A DNA stretch of 32,001 nucleotides, from assembly GCA_036768655.1 (NCBI GenBank), contig DAIPMP010000001.1, positions 1 through 32,001 of the forward strand, written 5' to 3'. This document shows positions 7,644 through 15,551 of the stretch, in pieces (the first letter of the stretch is position 1; each line of letters opens with the position of its first letter). The position numbers were made by a program, and so were the translations under genes. The stretch is from Ktedonobacteraceae bacterium (GTDB lineage Bacteria > Chloroflexota > Ktedonobacteria > Ktedonobacterales > Ktedonobacteraceae). Below the pieces are notes generated by a model that had not been told where the DNA came from, ran no database searches, and was given only the letters and a program-made list of their open reading frames with translations.

Positions 7644-7692
7644 TTGAGGTCATACCCACTTTCATCTAGTGGGTATGACCTCAATACTTTTT
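7644..7692 (+). terminator. Rho-independent terminator
   Basis: A 17-bp perfect stem pairs 7644-7660 with 7668-7684 around a 7-nt loop, followed by tacTTTTT (7685-7692). It starts 28 nt after the stop at 7616. Confidence 0.8.
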
Positions 7693-7849
7693 GGCAAATA
7701 CTGAACCATCAAATCGTGGATAATACAATAAGGCTTAACTTTATGACAAAGAATAACTTTTCTCCCCCGACTCATAACGCCAGGGGTTGTCTACAACCAT
7801 ACTTGCTACTCTTGCTTGGAAAGGTAATCTCCCGAAAGACGAAAGTAAC

Positions 7850-10339
7850 TCACAACAACTTTACTACACCCATTACACGCCCCTTCACCAAGGGAACGCC
7901 TTTTCTTGCCCGTGTAAAAGCCTTTACCTCAGTTGCTTTGATGGCCGTTACCTGCTCGCCCTCTTCATTTTTCCAGGTGATCAACAGGTGATCTTTCTCA
8001 TTGATAATCATCGTCAGCAGCACGTGGTCCCTGTCAACAAGTTCAGTAGTAACAACACCCGCTGTTGCCCGTCCTTTCGGGGGAAACTGGCTCAATGGCA
8101 CTTTCTTGCCCAGGCCGCTTTCCGTAACCACCAGCAAGCTCAGGAAATTGCCGCTCTCGGCAGATACCTCGTTATCCAGGTAGGAGGCGCTGACGATATG
8201 AGCGCCCTGACCTAACGCTATAGCTGCAACACCCTGACCGACACGCCCCTGTGCCCGCAACACATCATCTTTAAATCGCAAGGTCTGAGCACTATGCGTC
8301 GTTACAAAGTATTCACCCTGTCCGCGCGAAAGCAGTGCGATGGCTACGGCATCACCATCAGCCAGTTTCATATCCTGTAAACCATCAACATCCGCCGTCT
8401 TATAATCGCTCAGCGGCGACTTCTTGACCTTCCCCATTTTACTAAAGGTGACGAGATAACGATCTTCATCATGGGATTCGACAGGGAGCACAGCCACTAC
8501 CTCCTCACCAGAGGCCAGGGCCAGCAATTTGCGCATCGGCTCCCCTTTCGCCGCACGATTTCCAGCGGGGATGCGATGGGCCGCGATCTGGAATACCCTT
8601 CCACTGGAACAGACGCACAAGACATAATCTTGCGAAATGGCTGCGACAATCTGGCGTAGTTGTTCATCTCCCCGCACAGGCGTATAGATAGCTGCACCAT
8701 TCTTCCCCCGAGGAACAAATGTATCTGCCGGCAGCGCTTTTAGCGCACCAGCACGCGTATAGGCAATGGTGAGCGGTTCCCGTTCGTAGAGGCTGACAAC
8801 TTCCTTGATCGGCTCGTGTACCTGTCCGTCCACGTCGATAGTTGTGCGGCGCTCATCACCAAACTGTTTTGTAAGTTGCTGCATTTCTTTCTTCAGAAGC
8901 AGGAGCATTGCTTTGCGATCCGAGAGCAACTGTTGTAACTCGCCGATACGAGTCTGCAACTCCTCCTTTTCTTTGACATACTTGCTAGCATCTAAGCGCG
9001 TCACCTGCGCCAGTGTCATCGAGGCAATAACATCCGATTGAATGGGTGTAAGCTTATAGGTCTTCTCAATAATCTGGCGCGCAGTTGCCCTGTCCTCGGC
9101 CTGTTGGAAAATCTTGACGATCTTATCGGCATGAGCAGCACCAATAATCAAGCCCTCGATGACGTGCAATCGCTCCTGCGCTTTGCGCAGGTCAAACTGA
9201 GTTCGACGAGTCAACACGTCCATCTGGTGTACATTCCAATAGTTGAGCAGTTCGATCATACCCACCTGTTTGGGTTGCCGCGCCGCCTGCATAGGCTCTC
9301 CAAAAAGAAACACCATTTGAAACGAAAGGGCTATCTGCAAATCTGTTTCGGCGAAAAGTTGCGAGAGCGTCTGGGCCGCATCGGCATCCTTCCGCAGCTC
9401 CAGGACAATACGCATGCCCTTCTCTGTATCGCTTTCATCACGCACATCAGGCAGTAGGCCCTCCAGCTTGCGAGCATTGATTGCTTTCACAATAGAGGCC
9501 TTGACCTTATCTCTACCAATAGGGGGAATCTGCGTGACAATAAGTGAGCGGCTCCGCGGAGTATCTTCCAGGCGTACCTCCGCGCGCACGATGATACGTC
9601 CCTTGCCATTGGCAAAATAGTCTTTAATACCGTCAACGCCGATTATTCGCCCTCCCTGGCAAAAATCTGGCCCCTGTATGAACGCCATGAGCTGCTCAAC
9701 AGTCATGGATGGTTGATCAAGCAGCGCAATACAGGCGCGCAATACCTCACCAAGGTTATGCGGCGGAATGTTGGTAGAAAGACCAACAGCGATACCACTT
9801 GATGGATTGACAACAGGTGGAATGCGACCTGGCAGGTAATCAGGCTCTAATACTTTCGGATCTTGTTTGTAGGTAGGATGCTGAGGAACGGTCTCACGCT
9901 CCATATCGGCCATCAGTGCTTCAGCCAGAGGAGAGAGACGCATCTCCGTGTAGCGATAGGCTGCAGGAGCATCACCGTCCTCGCTACCCATGTTTCCCTG
10001 CCCCTCGATTAAGGGATAACGCAGGGTAAAAGGCTGCGCCATGCGTACTGCCGCATCATAGACAGAGGTGTCACCATGGGGATGATAGTTACCCAGAATC
10101 AGACCAACCACCTCTGCGCTTTTCACCGTCGGGCGATTAGAGAGGTAACGGGCTTCGCGCATTCCTGCCAGGATGCGCCGTTGCACCGGTTTTAAGCCAT
10201 CACGGGCATCTGGGAGAGCGCGATCAGTGACAACAGAAAGCCCGTAGGTCGCAAAAGCCTGGGCTATGATTACAGAAAAATCTTCCTCGCGGATAATTCC
10301 TGTTTCGAATGCAGTGTTATTTTCGGTAATACGAGCCAT
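7850..10339 (-). CDS. Type IIA DNA topoisomerase subunit A (GyrA/ParC family)
   Basis: 829 aa. Conserved motifs: RALPDARDGLKPVQRR, GNYHPHGDTSVYD, and the catalytic Tyr context AAYRYTEMRL. A beta-pinwheel-like C-terminal domain is present. At the GyrA-box position (QRRGGKG in E. coli) the sequence reads VPRGKNG. Confidence 0.9.
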   Translation of the reverse strand: MARITENNTAFETGIIREEDFSVIIAQAFATYGLSVVTDRALPDARDGLKPVQRRILAGMREARYLSNRPTVKSAEVVGLILGNYHPHGDTSVYDAAVRMAQPFTLRYPLIEGQGNMGSEDGDAPAAYRYTEMRLSPLAEALMADMERETVPQHPTYKQDPKVLEPDYLPGRIPPVVNPSSGIAVGLSTNIPPHNLGEVLRACIALLDQPSMTVEQLMAFIQGPDFCQGGRIIGVDGIKDYFANGKGRIIVRAEVRLEDTPRSRSLIVTQIPPIGRDKVKASIVKAINARKLEGLLPDVRDESDTEKGMRIVLELRKDADAAQTLSQLFAETDLQIALSFQMVFLFGEPMQAARQPKQVGMIELLNYWNVHQMDVLTRRTQFDLRKAQERLHVIEGLIIGAAHADKIVKIFQQAEDRATARQIIEKTYKLTPIQSDVIASMTLAQVTRLDASKYVKEKEELQTRIGELQQLLSDRKAMLLLLKKEMQQLTKQFGDERRTTIDVDGQVHEPIKEVVSLYEREPLTIAYTRAGALKALPADTFVPRGKNGAAIYTPVRGDEQLRQIVAAISQDYVLCVCSSGRVFQIAAHRIPAGNRAAKGEPMRKLLALASGEEVVAVLPVESHDEDRYLVTFSKMGKVKKSPLSDYKTADVDGLQDMKLADGDAVAIALLSRGQGEYFVTTHSAQTLRFKDDVLRAQGRVGQGVAAIALGQGAHIVSASYLDNEVSAESGNFLSLLVVTESGLGKKVPLSQFPPKGRATAGVVTTELVDRDHVLLTMIINEKDHLLITWKNEEGEQVTAIKATEVKAFTRARKGVPLVKGRVMGVVKLL

Positions 10340-10341
10340 AT

Positions 10342-12465
10342 TTAGACATCCAGCTCCTTAATCTTACGGGAGTGTTCAGCAAGGAAGACACGACGAGCTT
10401 CAGCATTTTCGTCTTCCATCAATTCCTTGACCAGCCGCGCAGCCAGCACTCCATCTTCCATTGAGACTCGTTTGAGTGTACGCCGCGCAGGATCGAAGGT
10501 GGTATCACGCAACTCTTTCGGGTTCATCTCACCCAGACCTTTAAAGCGTTTGAACTCCAACCCTTGCGCATCAGAATGAGTTTTAATAAATTGCAGGCGA
10601 GCATCATCATCGAATAGCCAGACGATCTTGCCCTTATATTTAACCGAGTAAAGCGGTGGGCAAGCGATATAGACATGCCCATGTTCAATCAGATCACTAA
10701 ATTCCTGATAAAAGAGCGTCAGCAACAGGCATTGAATATGTAAGCCATCTACATCAGCATCGGTAGCAATGATAACACGGGAAAACTTTAGGCGGCCAAT
10801 ATCAAAAGAATCGCGCGTTCCCGTCCCTAAAACGTTGATAATAGTACGAATCTCTTCGTTTTCGACAATACGCCGCAAATCAGCCTTCGCGACATTGAGC
10901 GGTTTCCCTTTGAGCTTCAGAATCGCTTGAAATTCCGAAAAACGACCCTGACCTGCACTCCCACCAGCAGAGTCACCTTCCACAATAAAGAGTTCGGAGC
11001 GATCCGGGTCATTTGAGTTGCAACGCAAAAACTTTTTCGAGAGCGTTGTATCGATTAGCTCGCCATTTTTCTTGTTACCGCCCCTGGCCAACTCTTCAAC
11101 CAGTTGTGCCTCGTTGCGAGCTTTCTGCATCTGCAGTATCTTCTTCAGCCACTCTTTTCCAGCGCTTGTATTGTTCTCAAACCAGTCTTTCAAGCCCTCG
11201 TCTACAACTGATCGCACAATCCCCTCAACTGATGCATTGTTGAGTCGATCTTTTGTCTGTCCTTGAAACTGAGGATTGGTTAGCTTGACGGAGATTACAG
11301 CATTCAGCCCTTGCTGGATAACTTCTGGCCGAAAACCATCCTCTTCACGGTTTTTGATGATCTTCCATTTGAGGGCGTAATCGTGCACAACTTTTGTGAG
11401 GGCAGCCTTAAAGCCTGTTTCATGTACACCGCCATCGCGAGTACGCACCGCATTAGCAAAACTGTAGATGGCCGTCTTATAACCAGCTGTTGGTTGCAAA
11501 GCTACTTCTACCTGTACAGTATCCTTCTCTTTCGCTATACCAAGTACCTGCTTGAAAAGGGGAGCATTGGTGCTGATAGAAAGCTCTCGCACATAATCGG
11601 GTAAACCGTCACGGGAATAAAACGTACGGCTCACCTGCTTGTTTTCGGCATCATCCCATGCCTCCAACTGGAAAGTTACGCCACAATTCAGAAATGCTGC
11701 TGCCTTCAGACGGCTATCAATGGCCTCCAGCGGATAATACGCCTCGGCGTCAAAAATTGCATGATCATATAACCATCGCAACTGCGTTCCGTGCAATTTC
11801 GCATCGCATGGAGTGATATGATGTGGCAGCGCAATCCCGCGGCTGAACACTTGCGTGAATTTCTGACCATCTTTCCAGATCGTCAATTCGAGCTTTTCAG
11901 AGAGCGCATTAATCACGGTCGCGCCGACACCGTGTAATCCTCCCGCCGTCTTATATACCCCTTCGGAAAACTTCCCACCCGAGTGTGGGATCGTCAGAAT
12001 CACAGTAGCAGCAGGTAAGTAATCGCCCTGATACAACATTGGATCAAAAGGCATTCCACGAGCCTCATCTCTTACCGTAACCCAGCCTTCACGATCAATG
12101 TTCATCCAAATTTGCTTACCATATCCTGCAACTGCCTCATCCACAGCATTATCAAGGGCTTCCCAGATGAGATGGAGCAGACCAGATGTAGAAGTTGAGC
12201 CGATATACATTCCTGGCCGATGGCGAATTGCAGCAATTCCCTCTAAAACCTGGATATCAGCAGCACTATACTCAGCACCTTTTTTTGCTCGTGATCCAGG
12301 TTTTTTACCCGTCACTGTTGAGCCAGGCTCTCTTTTGAATGTTGATTCACTCTTGATAGTTTCTTTATGCTCATCTGTATTTCGCGGAGCGAAAAGCGAA
12401 AGTTGTTCTTGTCTCGTATCATGATCATCTTGTACAGTTGAAACGGACTTGGAGGAATGTGCCAT
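10342..12465 (-). CDS. Type IIA DNA topoisomerase subunit B (GyrB/ParE family) with about 65-aa basic N-terminal extension
   Basis: 707 aa. GHKL ATPase motifs: RHRPGMYIGS, LDNAVDE, GGLHGVGATVINALS. Toprim motifs: EGDSAGGS, KLKGKPLNV, TDADVDGLHI. The stop lies 2 nt before the subunit A ATG (10339), so the two genes form an operon. Confidence 0.9.
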   Translation of the reverse strand: MAHSSKSVSTVQDDHDTRQEQLSLFAPRNTDEHKETIKSESTFKREPGSTVTGKKPGSRAKKGAEYSAADIQVLEGIAAIRHRPGMYIGSTSTSGLLHLIWEALDNAVDEAVAGYGKQIWMNIDREGWVTVRDEARGMPFDPMLYQGDYLPAATVILTIPHSGGKFSEGVYKTAGGLHGVGATVINALSEKLELTIWKDGQKFTQVFSRGIALPHHITPCDAKLHGTQLRWLYDHAIFDAEAYYPLEAIDSRLKAAAFLNCGVTFQLEAWDDAENKQVSRTFYSRDGLPDYVRELSISTNAPLFKQVLGIAKEKDTVQVEVALQPTAGYKTAIYSFANAVRTRDGGVHETGFKAALTKVVHDYALKWKIIKNREEDGFRPEVIQQGLNAVISVKLTNPQFQGQTKDRLNNASVEGIVRSVVDEGLKDWFENNTSAGKEWLKKILQMQKARNEAQLVEELARGGNKKNGELIDTTLSKKFLRCNSNDPDRSELFIVEGDSAGGSAGQGRFSEFQAILKLKGKPLNVAKADLRRIVENEEIRTIINVLGTGTRDSFDIGRLKFSRVIIATDADVDGLHIQCLLLTLFYQEFSDLIEHGHVYIACPPLYSVKYKGKIVWLFDDDARLQFIKTHSDAQGLEFKRFKGLGEMNPKELRDTTFDPARRTLKRVSMEDGVLAARLVKELMEDENAEARRVFLAEHSRKIKELDV

Positions 12466-12506
12466 CTACCCTGATACCTCTCTTTGATTGCATGTATTGT
12501 TCCCTC

Positions 12507-12535
12507 AGCATACAGCCTTCGTTCATAAAAGTCAA
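12507..12535 (-). promoter_or_regulatory. Putative promoter of the topoisomerase B/A operon
   Basis: Read on the minus strand: TTGACT (12535-12530), a 17-nt spacer, then TATGCT (12512-12507). It lies about 40 nt upstream of the ATG at 12465. Confidence 0.35.
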
Positions 12536-12852
12536 GAGAAAACTTGATCAAATGTTCTAGTACTTCATAAGTTCGCTGTACCCCTGGCAATTATTTCAAA
12601 TGGAACAAAACTCTAACCAGAACGTAGTAATAAGTATTGATGAATAGCCAAAATCTACTAATATTCACCCATCATTATCTTTAATCGAATATACTTACTA
12701 CTACAAAAGTAAATACGAAGACAGGTGTGAAGAAAAAATAAAAATTTATAAAATGAAATATGCTTTAATTTTACCTGATTTTTTGGATTGTGATCACAAA
12801 AAAGCTACATGGAAATACATATATGAAAGTAGTGACCACTTCTGAGCAAACA

Positions 12853-12878
12853 AAGAGATTTTGTATACAAAATCTCTT
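12853..12878. promoter_or_regulatory. 26-bp perfect palindrome, operator-like
   Basis: aagagattttgta|tacaaaatctctt is an exact reverse complement, centred between 12865 and 12866. Its right end overlaps the predicted -35 of the XRE/TPR gene promoter. Confidence 0.5.
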
Positions 12879-12905
12879 GTTATTTGTAAGTTAATTCATT
12901 ATAAT
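12877..12905 (+). promoter_or_regulatory. Putative promoter of the XRE/TPR regulator gene
   Basis: TTGTTA (12877-12882), a 17-nt spacer, then consensus TATAAT (12900-12905). It lies about 70 nt upstream of the ATG at 12976. Confidence 0.45.
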
Positions 12906-12975
12906 CTTGTTATACTTACATATAGTATAAATCGTCGTTTTCATTTTTATTCTCAAGGAAGGATGATATGGAGGT

Positions 12976-14340
12976 ATGCCACGTCCCCCAAAGCATGTTC
13001 CTCCACACACACTTGGAGGCCACATTAGGGCTGCACGCGAGAGATTAAATCTTTCTCTTGCGAATGTCGCTGGTGATCGCTACAGTACCAGCCTGATTTC
13101 GCAGATTGAAAGAAATCGAATCGAACCGTCACAAGAGAGTTTACGATTTTTAGCAGAAAAATTACTAATACCATTAGCAGACCTCCTAACACTTGCCCAT
13201 CAACAGTGGGAGGCCGAAACTGAAACATGCCATTACAAGGCTCATGAAGAGCTTTTGAGCACTGCCTTAAAGGTACTTGCAAGCAAGCGACCTCGTGAGG
13301 CTCTTGAGCCACTAAAAAGGCTGAATATAGCTCAAACGCCAAAGCTACTGAGCTGGCGTTTAGCAGCTATCCGAGGGCAATGTTACTTTGCATTACGACA
13401 ATTCCTGAGTGCTCAGAATGACTTTCATTATGCTGTAACCGAACGCCCAGAGGTTATTCCTGAGGATCAGCGCTCCGAGGCTTTAGAATTACATCTTCAT
13501 CTTGCCGCCACTCTTCGCGAACTGAAACAGCCCGATGCCGCATTTGAGCAATTTACCATTGCCCTGGGTATGATGGATGCCAGTACATCCCTCCATTATA
13601 TTGCTGAAACGCATTGGGGCATGTCTCTCATCGCTTTCGAACGGGCAAAAAAGCCTTTCGAAAGCACTCACTGCGTTCATTACAAAGAAACGCAATTACA
13701 GCTTGCGCGCAAACACGCGGAAAATGCCTATATTCTCTATCGTTCTATTGGAGAAGCTCTTCGCGTCGCCCTGTTAACCTGCCAGATCGCGCTCATCGAA
13801 CAGGAATCCGGCAAAGTAGATGAGGCTCGCCATCATCTCAGGGAAGTTCTCCAGAACTGGATGCTAGAGCTAGACAAGCAAACCAATCTGCCTGAGAGAG
13901 ACCAAAAGCATGTGCATGAGGTGGCGAATGTTGTCTCCGCCGCTGCCTGCTCTCTGGCCGGAATTGAACTTGAAGCGAAGAACTACCAGGAAGCGCTGAA
14001 GTACGTTCAGCAGGCACTCGATGCGGCCCAATTAAGCTATGTCTTGCGAAAGGCAGAGGCAGAAATAATGCTTGGCCGCGTCCTCGAATCGATAAACATT
14101 TATGATCCAGACGCAGAAAAAGCATTCCGTGATGCAATCCAATCACTGGCCTCCACTGATCGCATCACCGCGCAGATACGAGCGCACGATGTTCTTGGTC
14201 GCAACTTACTCAAAAAAGGTGAAACAAAAGCAGGTGAAGAAGAGCTAGATACTGCTCGTTCTCTCTCTGATGTAGCATCTGCCTTTAGTAGTTCCTCCAT
14301 TTCCGCAGAAGACGAAACCGATGAGGTCGCGCTAAAATGA
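12976..14340 (+). CDS. XRE-family HTH transcriptional regulator with C-terminal TPR-like helical repeat domain
   Basis: 454 aa. The N-terminal HTH_XRE pattern is LGGHIRAARERLNLSLANVAG..YSTSLISQIERNRIEPSQESLRFLAEKL. The remainder is all-helical with repeated A/L/E-rich about 34-aa units. Confidence 0.8.
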   Translation: MPRPPKHVPPHTLGGHIRAARERLNLSLANVAGDRYSTSLISQIERNRIEPSQESLRFLAEKLLIPLADLLTLAHQQWEAETETCHYKAHEELLSTALKVLASKRPREALEPLKRLNIAQTPKLLSWRLAAIRGQCYFALRQFLSAQNDFHYAVTERPEVIPEDQRSEALELHLHLAATLRELKQPDAAFEQFTIALGMMDASTSLHYIAETHWGMSLIAFERAKKPFESTHCVHYKETQLQLARKHAENAYILYRSIGEALRVALLTCQIALIEQESGKVDEARHHLREVLQNWMLELDKQTNLPERDQKHVHEVANVVSAAACSLAGIELEAKNYQEALKYVQQALDAAQLSYVLRKAEAEIMLGRVLESINIYDPDAEKAFRDAIQSLASTDRITAQIRAHDVLGRNLLKKGETKAGEEELDTARSLSDVASAFSSSSISAEDETDEVALK

Positions 14341-14366
14341 GAAACAACCATGTTTCAGGATCAGTA

Positions 14367-14422
14367 GTAAAACTGGGTGCAGAAGAGCAATAATTATCCC
14401 GCTCTTCTGCACCCAGTTTTAC
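14367..14422 (+). terminator. Long perfect hairpin downstream of the XRE/TPR gene (putative terminator, no clear U-tract)
   Basis: A 22-bp perfect stem pairs 14367-14388 with 14401-14422 around a 12-nt loop. It starts 26 nt after the stop at 14340. Confidence 0.5.
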
Positions 14423-14466
14423 CATAGCTAAAACAGTGTTATTCCTCGTTTCCCGGTCTAGAGGTA

Positions 14467-14475
14467 TGATATAAT
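14467..14475 (+). promoter_or_regulatory. Extended -10 promoter element (TGaTATAAT) for the zinc-ribbon protein gene
   Basis: tgatataat at 14467-14475 combines a TGn extension with a consensus -10. The -35 is weak. It lies about 55 nt upstream of the ATG at 14530. Confidence 0.4.
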
Positions 14476-14529
14476 GTGAAATAAGCTATTCAAAAAAGAG
14501 ATTGCTACGCTCCTTGAGAAGGAAAGTCT

Positions 14530-15255
14530 ATGACAAAACCAATTACTGGCCAGTATGAATACCTCCATCGTTCTGGAGTAGGGCTTGACTACTTTACTTC
14601 TCGCATCGATCGCCTCATCCTACAAACGAGCGGACGCTTTATCCTCATCATACAGGAGAGCAGCCGTGTTGCTAATGCGGCCAAATCATTCATAAACGGG
14701 CAGCAAATCGCTACAAATGCCCCTGAAATACGCAGAGAGGGTACATACACCGCCCAGGGAAATGCTATCTCGTTTCGTTTTGATGATGGAGCGGTAGAAG
14801 ATGGACAACTGGCCTGGAACGGTGAAGGGATGCAGTTTGGGCCGAATTTTTTTAACAAGGTTTCGGATTCTACTTTGCTGCCATCTACCCATCGCATGAA
14901 GAAAGATATGGACGATATCGCCAAGGGCATTAAAATCGCCGGAACCATTGGGAGCATGGCCATCAAAGCCGCAAAGACGATTCAGGATACGATACAAACT
15001 TCTCAGGAACCTGGATCAGCACAAAATCACAATGCCTCTTCGCCGCCTGCAAGCCAAACAAGTCAATCAGTGCCAGCATCGCCTTCAGCACAGGCAGCGC
15101 CATCCTCTCCTAACACAGTTGCACCTCGCCCACCGACCCAAACTCACGTAGCCCCACAGCAAACCGAACGGGAAGCGCTTTTCTGTGATCAATGCGGTGC
15201 GCGTGCTCGGCCCGGAAAGCGCTTCTGCAATAATTGTGGCGCACAATTACCGTAA
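14530..15255 (+). CDS. Hypothetical protein with C-terminal zinc-ribbon
   Basis: 241 aa with GAAGGAAAG upstream. The N-terminal about 150 aa belong to no family I recognise. A Pro/Ser/Gln-rich linker follows, then the C-terminal CDQCGARARPGKRFCNNCG (CxxC-x11-CxxC). Confidence 0.65.
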   Translation: MTKPITGQYEYLHRSGVGLDYFTSRIDRLILQTSGRFILIIQESSRVANAAKSFINGQQIATNAPEIRREGTYTAQGNAISFRFDDGAVEDGQLAWNGEGMQFGPNFFNKVSDSTLLPSTHRMKKDMDDIAKGIKIAGTIGSMAIKAAKTIQDTIQTSQEPGSAQNHNASSPPASQTSQSVPASPSAQAAPSSPNTVAPRPPTQTHVAPQQTEREALFCDQCGARARPGKRFCNNCGAQLP

Positions 15256-15260
15256 CTCGT

Positions 15261-15551
15261 TTATACCTTCGGCTGATCCCTGGTCAAGAACTCATAGGCT
15301 GCAATGATTCGCTTCATTTGTTGCTGATCTCCTCCCCGATCGGGGTGATTCTGTTTCGCTAGAGTTCGATAACGGCGCTTAATTTGCTGTGGTGTCGCAT
15401 TTGACGGCAGTCCCAGCACATTCAAGGCCTGCTGTCGCTCTAGAAAAGGACGAGCAGGATTGGCCCGATTTTCCCAAAGGGATTTGAAACTCAAACGCAA
15501 AACATCCCATAATAATGCCGCAAAAGACTTTGGCGGTGGCTGTGCATTCAT
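15261..15551 (-). CDS. Small J-domain (DnaJ-like) protein
   Basis: The J-domain reads LNVLGLPSNATPQQIKRRYRTLAKQNHPDRGGDQQQMKRIIAAYEFL, with the HPD motif. I prefer ATG at 15549-15551 (AGGAA about 9 nt upstream, 96 aa). The ORF-track extension to 15785 encodes a non-protein-like sequence. Confidence 0.6.
   Translation of the reverse strand: MNAQPPPKSFAALLWDVLRLSFKSLWENRANPARPFLERQQALNVLGLPSNATPQQIKRRYRTLAKQNHPDRGGDQQQMKRIIAAYEFLTRDQPKV

Noticed and set aside
12312-12590. A 92-aa minus-strand ORF spanning the topoisomerase B start region.
   Set aside because: It is out of frame with, and overlaps, the well-supported GyrB/ParE-family N-terminus. It would swallow the predicted promoter and SD, and its translation resembles no family.
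12753-12845. A 30-codon ORF (MKYALILPDFLDCDHKKATWKYIYESSDHF) in the AT-rich spacer.
   Set aside because: No purine-rich SD precedes it. AT-rich DNA readily yields such ORFs by chance, and it overlaps the likely regulatory A-tract region.
14350-14367. A 5-codon ORF (MFQDQ) right after the XRE/TPR gene, considered as an RRNPP-type signalling peptide.
   Set aside because: It has no SD and is far too short to encode a secreted pro-peptide with an export signal. Its stop codon runs into the terminator-like hairpin, so it is most likely fortuitous.
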